Below are positions 24,601-36,500 of a DNA stretch of 64,000 bases, piece by piece. Positions within the stretch are counted from its first letter, which is position 1. Each line of letters begins with the position of its first letter. A program made the translations under genes and the position numbers. The notes beneath the pieces are model-generated. The model was not told the DNA's origin. It did not search any database and saw only the letters and a list, made by a program, of their open reading frames with translations. Source of the DNA: Felis catus (lineage: Eukaryota). The stretch covers positions 82,894,001-82,958,000 of the forward strand of contig NC_058376.1 of assembly GCF_018350175.1 (NCBI RefSeq), in the 5' to 3' direction.

Positions 24601-27600
24601 CTGGCCAACTTCTACTTATTCTTCCAGACGTGACCCTTGCTTTCCTGACTCCCTCAAACAGTGTTAGCCATCTTGATTCTGACTCTCCCCATAATACTAT
24701 GTCCCTCTGTTCACCACTGTATGTCACATGGTATCATTGTAGATTTACCCATGTATCTCTTCAGCTGGACTTAATAGTAACCACGGCACAATTTATGGCA
24801 TATAGCAGATGGTCAATGAACGTTTGCTGGGTACATAGAATGGAGGTGGACTGACTCTCACCTTGACTGGAGCCATTGGGGGTAGAGGCAGGGGGCAGGA
24901 GTGGGAGCCTGCAGGTTCTCCCCAGGCCAGGCTGCGGCAGCCCTGCTGAGAAGGGGGATGCAGGGGAGCAGTGCCCTCAGGGGAGCCAGGGCCCTGGGAG
25001 CCAGGGGACTCGCTGCTGCCTGTGGAGCCTGGACCTGGCTCTGGGCTGGCAGAGCAGTGAGTGAGCACATACTGCTCCCGGATGTACGATGACTGGAAGA
25101 TGCGGCGCCATATGGCTGTGTCAGAGGAGGGATTGGGTCCAGGGTCTGTGACTGGGTCTGTCAAAGCCTCAGTACCTGCTGGGAGGCAAGAGAATGGATC
25201 CCAGCCGTGGCCCCTCCCATGGCCCACTCCTCCTCCAACACAGCCACACACTGCACCCAGGTACTCACTCTGCTCTGAGTCCCCAGCAGCCCACAGGCTG
25301 GACAGCTCTGCTGACACAGTGCCCGTTCCTAACGGCTCCGAGGTGCCAGTGGGCTCAGTGCCAGGACTGGTGGCAGATGGTGCCTCCTCTGGGGATGGGA
25401 ACACGGAGCCTCCCAAGCTCTGCCAGCCGGGTTCTTGGCCCTAGAGAGGGATAATCATTAGAGAAAAAACCGACTGTAGTTATATGCTACCTCTTTCCAA
25501 ACAGGATTTAAGATGTCTCACCACAAAAGGCAATAAAGTTAATAAACCAGAAATGAAAGCCTAGTACTAAGGAAGGAAAAGCATACATGCTAACCATAAG
25601 GTTAATAGAGCTGCTGTGGCTGAGCTTCAGGCTTGGCCCTGAGCTTCCTGGCAGGCAGGCAAAAGGGCAAACACTCCATTATATCGCATCTTTAGTTCTT
25701 TTAGAGAAAGAAAGCTTTTCATAATAAAAATAACTATCATTTCAGGGTGCCTGGCTGGCTCAGTCAGTAGAGCATGTGACTCTTGATCTCAGGGCTGTGA
25801 GTTCAAGCCCCACGTTGGGCGTGGAGCCTACTTTAGAGAACCAGCAACAACAATCATTTCTTGAACTCCTGCTATGTGTCAAGTATCCTACCAAGAGTGT
25901 GCACGTTGTGACCTCTAATTACAACAACCCTGTGACAAAAGTCAGTATGACGAAATGGGCTCAGAGAGGTTAAGTGACTTGCCCAAAATCAAATGGTTAG
26001 AACACACTAGAGGTGGGATCTGAGATTTCATCTAGACTATGCTCTGTTTCTGAATGTTACAGGAAATAATCCAGGTGGTTCTTTCCTTAGGGCACTGTGT
26101 GAAGAACCTAGAAAGTTTCAGCAAAACCTTCACGGCAAATTCTAGAGCTGCTTTCCGTGGCTGTGTGCTTTAGTGACCTTTGGTAAAAGCCAAGGGCAAC
26201 ACTTTATGGGACAATTCAGCGGAAGACCTCATGAAGGGGGCAGACTACAGCCGCTTTGGGGTGCCCGGTGTGATCTCTGGGGAAGCCGAGAGTGCAGTGG
26301 AAGAGCTTGGCAGGGAGAGGCACCGGGAGTGGAAGAAGAGTTTTGAAGAGATGCAGGGACTTTAGACATCCCAGGCCTACCACCCACACCCCAGCCCAGG
26401 CCTACCCCTGGGGCACGGGACCGGAAGCCATCCACCCTGAAGAGTGAGCAGTAACCGAGCAGCTGGTCCCCAGGGTAGAGTGCTGGGATCTCCCGGGGGG
26501 TCAGCAGTGCCTCCACCGCATCAGGCACAAACCAGTCCACAGAGATGTCACTCAAAGCAGGCTCCAGTGCCTTCCGGAGAGCCTGCACCAGCTGTAAGGA
26601 GTGGCCAGAAGGAAGACATGGGAGAGAGAGCTCACAGAGCAGGAGGCCCACAGAGCAGGAAGGCTACCCTTCCACTGATGCCATCTGCCCAGCCCTTAGG
26701 CTGAGGGGAGCAGGGTCAGGCTGGGGTCAAGGGAAGGATTGGGGGTAGGAACAAGCAAGGGTTTGGTCTGTCTCCTGGCCTGAGCCATGCCCTGTGGATG
26801 AGGCAAGATTCATTGAGGATATGGCTCAGTACCAGGACAAAACAGAATGAGATTTGGGGGGTGGTCAGAGGTCATGTCCCCCACACCTTTGGCCTCCTGC
26901 AGCATGCTATAGCGTCACCAGCAGCTCCTCCCCTGACTGGCGTCTCAAAGGAGGGGAGGAACTGGAATGGGGGAGGAGAAGTCCTGATCGAGGGTGCCAG
27001 GAGACCCCATGACTTGACTGGGTTCTGTTTCAGGCTCAGTGTAACTCGGGAGAAGGACTTCTAGGAGTAGGGAACAGGGCTCAGGCTCAAGCTCACCATG
27101 GGCTGCAGCCTCTCCCCAGGCCTTGGGAAGTAGGCCTGGCCCCTGCTGAGGGCAGACAGCCCCTGGAGCAGCTGGTGGCAGGCAGGCCCCAGCCCAAAGG
27201 AGAAGCACCTGATGAGGGAAGGGAAGCAGCTGTGACCTTCAGGAGCCCCTTGGGAGTGGGGGTCAATCTTAGGCATCTAGTTCAGCCCACCCCATACCTG
27301 GCTGCCCCCCTGTGCCACCTCATGAGCTCCAGGGTTTGATGGGTAGCAGCGGCCACGGGCGAGGCAGCAGTCAGGAGGAAGAGCTGCCGAGGGCGGGCCT
27401 TGTGCTGGGGCTGCCCCATGGCCCAGTTCAGGGCAGCCAGCACATCTGGGGGACCACTCTCAGCCTGCAGGGTCTCAATGTTCTCACAGAGCAGCCGCAC
27501 AGTGTCCTGGAAAGAAAAGGCGTGCTTTGGGCCGCGCCAGGCTGATATACTCTCACTGGGCCCCAATCCCTGGACCGTACTCACATCACTGCAAGGCCGG

Positions 27601-27989
27601 CTCTCTGGGAAGAGGGGCCGCACCGACGTGCCAAACATGGCCAGGTTGATGAGCGTTTGTGGTGGCAGTGACTTCACAGCCAAAACAATGGCATCCTGGG
27701 GAGGGCCAGGGAGGACAGCATGAAACAGGTCCTGTGGGCAGTGGTAGGGATTCCAGATTGCCCGCCTTTTCCATGCCGTGTGAAAATGAGGAGCTAGAAG
27801 TGGTGGTGTGGGAGAGGCCCTGCATGTCTGAGATTGACTATGAGGGAGACCTGGAGTGTGAGGGAGACTGAGTGTGTGAGAGACCCTGGTGGGGTATGGG
27901 AACCCTTGGTTTTGGGATTAGATAACTTCATGTGCGAGAGAGGCTTTTGGAATCTGGGAGAGACACATGTACGTACAAGTAAGAGAGGG

Positions 27990-28025
<36 letters not shown>

Positions 28026-31000
28026 ACGCACGCGTGTATCTGTCTGTGAGAGGCTGCCCCCAGCCCACCTCACACCCACTGCCCCACCCAGCCCCCAGGC
28101 CCGCCCACACCCTGCCCCACAGGCCTTGTGCGCTATGCTGCTGCCATCCAGCAGGAAGAGAAGCTCCCGTGTGGCTGTGCCCAGGTTTCCAGGCTTAGAG
28201 CTCAGGTCCGGGCAGAAGCTCAGCACCAGCACGGGGTTTAACAGGATGTCCTTGTGGAAGCGTCGTTGCAGGAACCACACCTGATCATCGGAGCCCCAAG
28301 TCATCCTGTGCCCTAGTGCAAACTCTTGCCTGGGCTTGCAGCAGGACCGAGCCCTCGGGCCTTTTTCTATCTAATACACTCAGAGGGAACACCTTTTTAT
28401 AGTCATTGGAATAAAGGCGAGGGCAGAGGCAGGTGGCTGTCCTCTGCCTATCAGTCCTAGCTTCCATCCTTTGAGACACACCCCAGGGAGACTTGCGTGG
28501 GCCCTCCTAGGACAATACTCATCAGCCCTCTGGGATGCTGCCCTCTTAGCAGCTACTAAGAGGTCCTGCTAAAAGCCCCCCTCCCCCCCCCCCCCCCCAC
28601 ACACACAACTGCCCAACTGTTCCTCCTGCACAAATGCAGCCAGTAGTGAGAGGTCAGTGGCCAGGCCAGGACCCCATGCAGCCATACCTGCCGGTCCCCA
28701 TCACTGTCCCTTCGCTGTAGCCTCTGGAAGTCCCGGCGGGCCCTCACCTGGGCCTCATATTCTGCTGAGCTCAGGCTGCCGGCCTCTAGCATCAGGTGTG
28801 GCTGGTGGGGCTCTAAGGAAAAAGGGATATAGTTGTCAGGAAAGTCCCTGTCTCTGGACCTCAATTGCTCAGTCCCACTGTCCCAGGAGGACCCTGCAAG
28901 TCCAGCACGTCCCTCACAGATGGCTCAATCCACCTGGCTTGGGAGCCAGAAATCTATACTTGAAAAATGGTATCCAAGTGGTCCTGAAGTAGGTCAGAGC
29001 TGGCCCACTGTGTGTCCCAGTCTCTCACCACTGGGGTGCAGCAGGATCTCCAATGACCGGTCACAGTGGTGGCCCTCTGCTAATGTGACACAGATGGTGG
29101 CTGCGGAGCTGGCATGAGGTGGGGCATCTGCCCGCAGAGCATGAGAAGGGCTCTCCAGGCCTGAGGGAGGGAGAGGCAGGGAGAGATGATCACCCCACCC
29201 CAAGCCAGTACTAATGCACAAACATCACCTTCCCAGACAACAGTGGTATGGGCAAGGATCATGACTGATTCAGCTCAGCTCTTAGCGCCTAATCTAGAGG
29301 GCTGCATGGGCAAGGGGAGGGATTTTGCCTGCTTTCATGAGCTGAGAGGTACGTTCCCAGCTCTGTTTCTGGCTGATCAGTTATACAGCAGCCAGCTGAT
29401 TTAGCATCCTCCCCCACCTCTTACACAAGAAAACTCCACTTCATCACTTGGACTGGTCTCAATTTAATCCCTTTCTTCCCACTGGTGAGTGGAGTGGGGT
29501 ATAAATAAATGACACTGACGAACCTGGGGGGGGGGGGAGTGTTGTGTAGAAGTGCCAGGGGATGCTCCTACCAAAACTGGAGGTTCCTAAGACTTAGGTC
29601 CTTGTTTTCTTTTTTTCCTGTGTTCCTCCCAGTCCTGAGCCCTGAATTATTATTTCCTAGTCAGCTATGCTAGGAGGGGCACCCACCTGCTAGCAGGCAT
29701 GGCCCAGTGACCAGCATCTCGAAGGAGAAGGTGTACGGGGCAGGGCAGCGGGCAGGGCCTGAGAACACATCCGGAGGGGCCGCTGGCTCCTCCCAGGCCA
29801 GCCCTTCCTCCTGAGGGCTGCCCACCCCGAAGCAGCTGGTAGGGCTGGAAAGGAGCGCGAGGAGGGTCACGGGCCCACCACCAAGGCCCCTAGCCCCTCT
29901 GGATGAATGGTCCAGCCCTTCCCCACCCTGTCCATCCCCCAGGGCACCCTACCAAAGCCCCCTCACCCGCACTAGACCCAGAGAAGCCGAGGGAGGGACG
30001 AAGAGAATCACCATAGGCCCAACCTGTCGTCACAGAGCCCCGGAGGCCTGGGGGGCCCCGGTGGGCCTGGTGAGGCCAGTGGGGTGAGCACAGAGGGCAG
30101 AGCCACGTGCAGCACCCCATCAGGCCTTGAGGGCAACTCCCGGCTGCTGCGCAGGGTCACTGTCATGGTGCCGGCCGCGTTGATGAGGCCTGTGGGCAGC
30201 ACCAGTGTGGACCGGGCCTGGGCCAGATCCAACACAAGATGACCTATGATGAGTGAGAAAAGGGGTCAGAAGGGGCTGGAAGCGGAAGAGATGGGGGAAA
30301 GAGGAAATGGGAGCAGTCACTGAGTCAGGGGAGCCTAGGCAAGGGGGGCTTCACAAAGTTAGAAGGACACGGGGCTAATGTGTTGGTGATGCAGAATGGA
30401 GGCATGAGCCGAATGATGGTCAAAGCAGAGGTAGGATGATAGCAGAAGGATCTGGCTGTCATCAGGAAAAGGAGTAGTGACATCACTGCTATTAGAGAGC
30501 TGAGGAGAAGGGACATGTCCACACCACCCCCAAGATCCTAGGGGATCCATACCCTCTGCCCTTATTCCCCTGCCTGTCTCTGCCCATTCAACCCTTGGGT
30601 ATCATCTTCCTCAGGACCCTCCCTGTGGACTGACATGTCCCATAGCCTGGGACCCAGTGTGCTCACACATCCCTTGCTCATGAACAGTCAGGGGCTCCCC
30701 ACTGCCCACGAGGAGTGGCTTCAGAATTTTCTACCCAAGAGGCGTTCAGTGGCTGTAATCTGCTTGGAAGCTGGCTAGAGGACTTAAAGCTGTACTGGTA
30801 TGCAAAGCACACCGTTTTACATCGCCCCTAGGTTCATTTGGGGACTGGTGGAATCATGGGGGTCGCTGCTACTAAAGGAAAAATGGCCACGTGTATGCAG
30901 TGGCAGTCAAGGCCTCACATGGTCTGGCTCCAGGCTACCTTTATAGCCCTCCTTGGCTTCATCTCCCCACAATAATCATTTACACATTCTTTAGAGAAAT

Positions 31001-32530
31001 GCCTGCAGAATAAATGAAGGGAAGAAAAAGATGGAAGGAAAGAAGACAGGGAGACAAGAAGGAAAAAAGGGGCTTCTATCCCAACTAGCTAAGGCTTGGG
31101 GACAGCCTGACACAGTGGAGAGAGCACAGGATCAGGTCTTGAGTGTGACTTCTAATTCTGCCCTTGGGTAACTCTTCTGTTTTAAGGAGCTTCCGTTTTC
31201 TCATCCATGAAATGGGGGTCATAATGTGTCTCAGAGACTGTGGTGACAAATAAATGAGATAATGTATGCATAGCATCTGACACATAAGAGGCTGTTATAT
31301 TATTTTCACACCTATAAAAGGAGGATAGAGAACAATAGTTGCATTACATACCTCTCTGGATTCAAATGAGGTGATACCAGTGACTGGACTTTGTGAACTG
31401 TAAATTGCTATAAACACGAGGTGTTTTATTTAATTTACCATCACTGTGTACCGTTTACTTCCAAACCTTTGCTTATACCATCGCCCCTACTGGAGTGCCT
31501 TTTCCCTCCTCTCCACTTCACCAGTCATACTCTTCCTTTTGGTCACATGCTGGCTCCATTTCCTTCTGGAACATTCCTGGGGCCTCAGCCCAGAGCTCAC
31601 TCTGGCCTCTCACTGTCTGCTGGACCTACACCAACTCTCAACACCACTGGATTCTGTCTTTCTTACGGGGATGGCAAATCCCATGTGCGGGAATCAAATG
31701 AATGTCCAAATAAATAAATGAAAGGATGAAGTGCAAACCACAAAACCTAGCACAGGGATGGGCTTCCACTCCTTCACCCAGCAATCATTGAGCCTCCTTA
31801 TGCCACATTCTGTGCGAGATGCTGGGGCTTAGAGATGTCCAAAGAAAGCCCAGTCCCAGGCTCGGGAGCTAATGCTCCAGCTCGGGAGACAGACGTGTGG
31901 ACCGCCTGCTGCGTCTGTCTCCCAGGCCGCGAACCTCGCGTCAGGCCTGGGTCACATTGCCCCTGCACCTGGTGCAAGTAAGGTGCCTAGTCCACGACTG
32001 TTGAATAAAGCCATGAATCAATGAATGAAAAAATCAGCGGCTGGAGGGGGAGCGGGGAGGGACGGGACGCAGAGCGGGTGCAGGAATCAGAGCGGGGCTG
32101 ACTTTCGGGGCGAGGCGACGGCGCCCTGCACTCACCCTGCGCGCAGCGGCGGGGCGTGGAGGCCCCCAACCCGGGGCCCAGCGCGCGGCAGCAAGCGGCC
32201 TGTGAGCGTCGCCTGCTCTGCAGCTGGAACGAGACGCGCCGTCCCGCCGCCTCCGCCTCGAAGCCCGAGACCACTTCGGCCTCCGCCAACGGGTACACAA
32301 ACACGCCTGCGGCGGGGGCAGGGGGCACAGGTGACGTCGGACCTCGCCCGGCCCCCTGTCCCCGCCACCCCGAGCCCCGCCCAGGCCTCACCGTCCACCG
32401 GCTGCGGCTGCGGGTTGTGGTAGGTGAGCCGGGCCCGCAGGCTGAGACAGGGGCCGTTGGCGCAGGCCCGGACCCAGGAGTCAGTCAGGGGCAGCGGCGT
32501 CCAGCTGGAGGGGCAGTACAGGCCGGGCAT
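21697..32530 (-). CDS. VWA5B2: von Willebrand factor A domain-containing protein 5B2 (VIT-like plus vWA), about 1246 aa
   Basis: 19 coding exons: 32530-32392, 32306-32136, 30243-30024, 29844-29687, 29160-29029, 28812-28688, 28280-28125, 27695-27585, 27506-27298, 27208-27097, 26591-26406, 25440-25269, 25175-24862, 24366-24177, 24074-23721, 22943-22806, 22715-22635, 22555-22332, 22245-21697. They sum to 3741 nt with consistent phases. Starts MPGLYCPSSWTPLPL, ends LLCYSPANM. One donor (28124) must be GC to match the remembered human protein. Confidence 0.95.
22246..22331 (-). ncRNA. MIR1224: miR-1224 precursor (mirtron; entire last intron of VWA5B2)
   Basis: 86-nt intron GTGAGGACTCGGGAGGTGG...CCCCACCTCCTCTCTCCTCAG. 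5p arm 22331-22313 and 3p arm 22266-22246 match remembered hsa-miR-1224-5p/3p, and the arms pair (GGGAGGUGG with CCACCUCCU; GUGAGGA with UCCUCAG). Confidence 0.95.
23237..23385. mobile_element. MER3-like hAT-Charlie fragment in a VWA5B2 intron
   Basis: cactgtccaatagaacttcttgcagtga...gtatggcagccactagtcacatgtga...agcacttgaagtgtggctagagcaactga. Confidence 0.7.
25744..25833 (+). mobile_element. Short CAN-SINE (VWA5B2 intron)
   Basis: gggtgcctggctggctcagtcagtagagcatgtgactcttgatctcaggg. Confidence 0.8.
25860..26040 (-). mobile_element. MIR
   Basis: gggctcagagaggttaagtgacttgcccaaaatc. Confidence 0.65.
27991..28024. repeat. (TG)17 microsatellite, (CA)17 on the VWA5B2 sense strand, in VWA5B2 coding intron 7
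   Basis: Direct read. Confidence 0.95.
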
Positions 32531-33780
32531 GGCGCCCCTGGGGGAGGGGGCTCGATGAAGGGGTCCGCAGGGTGGGGTCACGGGCGCCAGACCCCGCCCT
32601 CCTGAAAGCCGCCGGGAAAATCGAACTCAGGCGCTGGGACGCCGGGCAGCGAGGAGCGCGGCGGGGCTGAGCCGGGGGCTCCCGCCCGGCGGACAGGTGG
32701 CGAGGGGAGGGAAGAGGGGGATCGCGTGATGGGCATCCTCGCGGGTTACCTGGGAAGCCGGGGCGGAGCGCGGCTCCGGGCTGCTCCGGGAGCCGGGGAG
32801 CGGAGGGTTAATGATTAACTGGCGCTCCAAGCGCCCAGCACTCCCGCCGCCGGCTCCTCCGGGGACGGAGGGTAGGAATGGGGGAGGGGGTCACAGCTGT
32901 TCCACCACCCGCTCCCAGGCCTCGCCACCGCCCCCGTACCTGCCGGCCCCCCGGGGCTCCCCGCGGCTGCCAGCTGTCGGAAGTGGCGCGGGTGGCGAGA
33001 CAGAAGCAGCTCTGGGTGAGGAGCAAGGGTTTAAAGGGCCAGCATCCTCCTGGGTGTCCCCAGCCCAGCGAGGGACAGCAGGGGCGGGGTGGGAGGGGGA
33101 GCAGAAGGACCGTAGTCTTTCCCTCTCCAGCGCCTCACCTGACTGGAGCGCTGAGAGGGGCTGCAGGCCGGAGTGGAGGGGGTTGGGTGGGAAGAACGAG
33201 ACAGGGAAGCGACAGGAGGGGGTCTTTAGGATGCAAGACCGGGAGAGGTGTCCGGGCAGGGGGTTGCTCGGAATCCGTCTAGGGCACCCACCTCTCCCCA
33301 CCCTGGCAGAACTGATCCTAGAGTGGGCGGCCCCACAGCCGAGCTGTGGGGATGCGGCAGGCAGGGTCTAGGGGTCGTCCCCCTCCCCGCGGGCAGCCCC
33401 AGCCTCACGGTCGCGTCCTCTGCGGAGTTCTGGGCGCCACAACTGGACCACGGTGGGTAGGTCCGCCTCCGCGCTTCGGGCCGCACGCAGTCCAGGTACC
33501 TTGCTCGGCACCCGCTCCAGACTCCCGCTGCGGCCGATCTGAGTCCGCGCAGGGGCGTCGGCTCTGCGGGTGCTGGTCCCGCCCCCGCTCGGGAAGGCCG
33601 CCCCTTCAGCCCGCCCCGGCCCCGCCTGCCGCTGCGGCGGGGCGGCTGCTGGCCCCTCCGCCCCCGCTTCGGGCGCGATGCCGCCTCCGCGCAAACCCCG
33701 GCCGCTCCAGCTAGACCGGGCACCGCAGTGCGGGGACCGCGTCCCCGCCGCCGCACAGGCCCCGGTAGATGAGGGACTCA
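31900..33780. promoter_or_regulatory. CpG island / VWA5B2 promoter and 5' exons
   Basis: Dense CpG. Minus-strand acceptor TTTCAG| at 32602 upstream of the ATG; donors at 32749, 32939 and 33499. Confidence 0.8.
32807..32819. promoter_or_regulatory. Perfect HNF1 consensus palindrome GTTAATGATTAAC
   Basis: Exact GTTAATNATTAAC match forming an AT-rich spot inside the CpG island. Confidence 0.6.
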
Positions 33781-36005
33781 GGCCTACAAGGCCCCACCCT
33801 TTCTGTCCTTCAGGAAGTGAAACGTTCTGCAAGTGCAGCAGAGGGCTCAGTCTGCACCCCCCCCCCTCCCCCAGCACTGCGGCGACCCCAGCTATTCCAG
33901 TATCACCCCACTTCCCGCCCTGGCTAGGCTTTTCGTCAGTGCAGTGACCGTCTCTCATCACTGCAGCGAACCCAGTGCTTCATCACCGCAGGACCCCTCC
34001 CCCCGCCCCCCAAAGCCAGCCCTTTTTCTTTGCAAAGTGCTCTTTCATCGGTGCAGAAATCTGCCCCCATCCCTGCAGCGATCTTCTGCTTGCCTGATCA
34101 CTTCAGTGACCACTCACTCCAAGTAGGGGGTCCCCCAACACTGCAGCGAGTTCCGCCCACCCCCAAGCAGCCGACATTCCCATCGCTGCAGTACTATCTT
34201 TCCCACCTTTCCTGCGGATGCGGAGAGTAGGCAACATCAGCCCCTCAGGCTTATAACTTCCTACTACCTTCAGCTGCCCACAGTCTTGGAAATGAGGCCT
34301 TCCAGCCTGTAGCGGCTTCCCTTGGCTTGAGACTGCCCCATCGTAACAGTGACTCCCCTCACCCCACCCCCATCACTGCAGCACCTGCAGGAGAAAATAT
34401 CCCTGAGTATAAACAGGTCCCTTGTTATTGGCAGAACTTTCACGCGGCTTGACAGTGTTATGGTGCAAAAGATTAGGGAAGTCTGTAAAACCTCCCCCAG
34501 GATTCCTGAGGGAGAGTCTGGGAGCTCTGGGGACGTAATCATGTTTGGGAGTCACCCATGCAAGCTTTCTTGCAGAGGTCACACTCAGACTCTGCAAAAA
34601 GAGCTTTGAGGAGAACTGGGGGGTGGTGAGGGGGTGGAAGTGGGCTTTCAAGACAGACTTAGGGTTCTTGCCCCTCCCCATTTACTCCATCCTTCTGATT
34701 CCTGTCACTATCATCATACTGACCCCACCCAGGAGGATCCCTTGCCTCCTTGAGCACTTGAGCCCTCAACCCCAACCCTTTCTCTTGCTCAAACCACTTA
34801 GTGTGGTAGAGATAGCTTGGCCTTTTCCCAGGGAACTTCAAGGGTGAAAATTCACGAGGACAATACAGGAAGCATAGACAAAATTGCAATGAAAGATCCA
34901 GCTTACAGGGAGCTCCAGCTGAGTCCCAAACTTGTTCCTTCCACACCATCTGAACTATAGTTCTATTGATTCCTCCCTTCCCTTCCCTGCTGAACCTGCC
35001 CCCTGACTCATTCTGAGTTAGGATCCCTCTTACAGGCTTAGGAGAGAAACAGTGGATGGTGAGTGGGCTGATTTGCCCTCCAGGGAACCCAGGTCTCCAG
35101 CCAGGACCAGCCTGGCCCTGAGGTCTCCATGGAAATCCAGGCAGTGGCCACCTCCCCATTGGTGTTTTTGTGCAAATGGACCAAGAGCTACATGTGATCT
35201 GCAGGCCAAACATGAAGCTGCAGAGAGTAGTCATTAGGGAGACTTAAATATACAAAAAAGGAAAAAGAGGTCCTTGTTTTAGGTTCTGAGGAGGTCTTAG
35301 ATGTAAGACAGTCTCCCAGGAAGTGGTCCCTGTCAAAGATTAGACAACACATTGGTGGAAGCCAAGCTTTGCTGAGAAGCTGGACCGGCCCTGAGATCCT
35401 GCTGGAAAGCTGTCTTAGTTGAGGCAAGCTCATCAAGAAGGCAAGAGGGGTAAAGCATCCTGCAGGATAGGGCAGGACATTGAAGGCTGCCGGGAATCCC
35501 TGAGGAGGCGGATCTGTAGGGGTAGTAAGAGGGTCTCTGAGGCCCAGCTGGGAGGTGCTTTGGTAGTGGGGCTGCAGTATGACAGGCAGCTGAGAACAGG
35601 AAAGGACAGCACATTCCTGGAGGGCCCCAGAACCAGGTTCCAGGAGGTGGAGGAGGTCCTTGGCAGAGCTAAGGAATGGCACAGAGCTTGAGTGGTCTGC
35701 CATGTGCAAGGCATAGGGGAAGGAGTAGAGGAAAGAGAACTAAAAAGGCATAGCCTCTGCCTTGAAAGGCTCCCACTAGTGAAAAAGGCAAATACACAGT
35801 TACCGTAGATCAAGATGAGTGCTGCGTTAGAGAGATGTTCTGGATATTGTAAAGCTTTTGACAAGAAGCTTTTAGGACAGGCACCTAACTTGGTGGTGGT
35901 GGTAGGTGGGTTGCCATTTAAGTCAAGTCCTAAGCAGGAGTTAAGCAGTGAAGGAGAAAATATTTCAGGCAGAGGAATCAGCTCATTGAAAGGTGAAAGA
36001 GCCAT

Positions 36006-36141
36006 GGGGTGCCTGGGTGGCTCAGTCAGTTAAGCATCCTACTTCAGCTCAGGTCATGATTTCATGGTTCCTGGGTTTGAGCCCCAGAGCCTGGAGCCTG
36101 CTTCGGATTCTGTGTCTCCCTCTCTCTCTGCCTCTCCCTGG

Positions 36142-36192
<51 letters not shown>

Positions 36193-36219
36193 AATGAATA
36201 AACATTAAAAAAAAAATTA
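36006..36219 (+). mobile_element. Feliform CAN-SINE
   Basis: 16-bp TSD AAAGGTGAAAGAGCCA at 35989-36004 and 36220-36235; long (CT)n. Confidence 0.92.
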
Positions 36220-36269
36220 AAAGGTGAAAGAGCCAGAGGGACTAAGTATAAATAGGTAAGTAATTGTTT

Positions 36270-36500
36270 TTTCTCTTAGTTAAGATTCATCAGTCACTTA
36301 CGGTAGGCCATGCACTGCACTGAGCATGGGTTCCCTCCTTTAATGATCAAAACAGCCCAAGAGATAGGTATTATTATTATCTTACAGATGAGAAATCCCA
36401 AGATGGGACAGGGTAAGTAATTTGCTCATCATAAGCTAGTAAAGTGGTAGAGCCAGGTCGTTGAACTCAGATGGTTTGACCTCAGAACCCTTGTTTTTAA
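36270..36500 (-). mobile_element. MIR
   Basis: ttacagatgagaaatcccaagatgggacagggtaagtaatttgctc...gaactcagatggtttgacctcag. Confidence 0.65.

Noticed and set aside
27209-27297. 89-nt VWA5B2 intron with a G-rich 5' end and C/U-rich 3' end as a second mirtron candidate
   Set aside because: Terminal pairing is short and mismatched, much weaker than miR-1224; this composition is common in short GC-rich introns.
31987-33961. Many overlapping 120-200 aa ORFs in the VWA5B2 CpG island
   Set aside because: Stop-codon depletion in GC-rich DNA; only the parts matching VWA5B2 coding exons 1-2 are supported.
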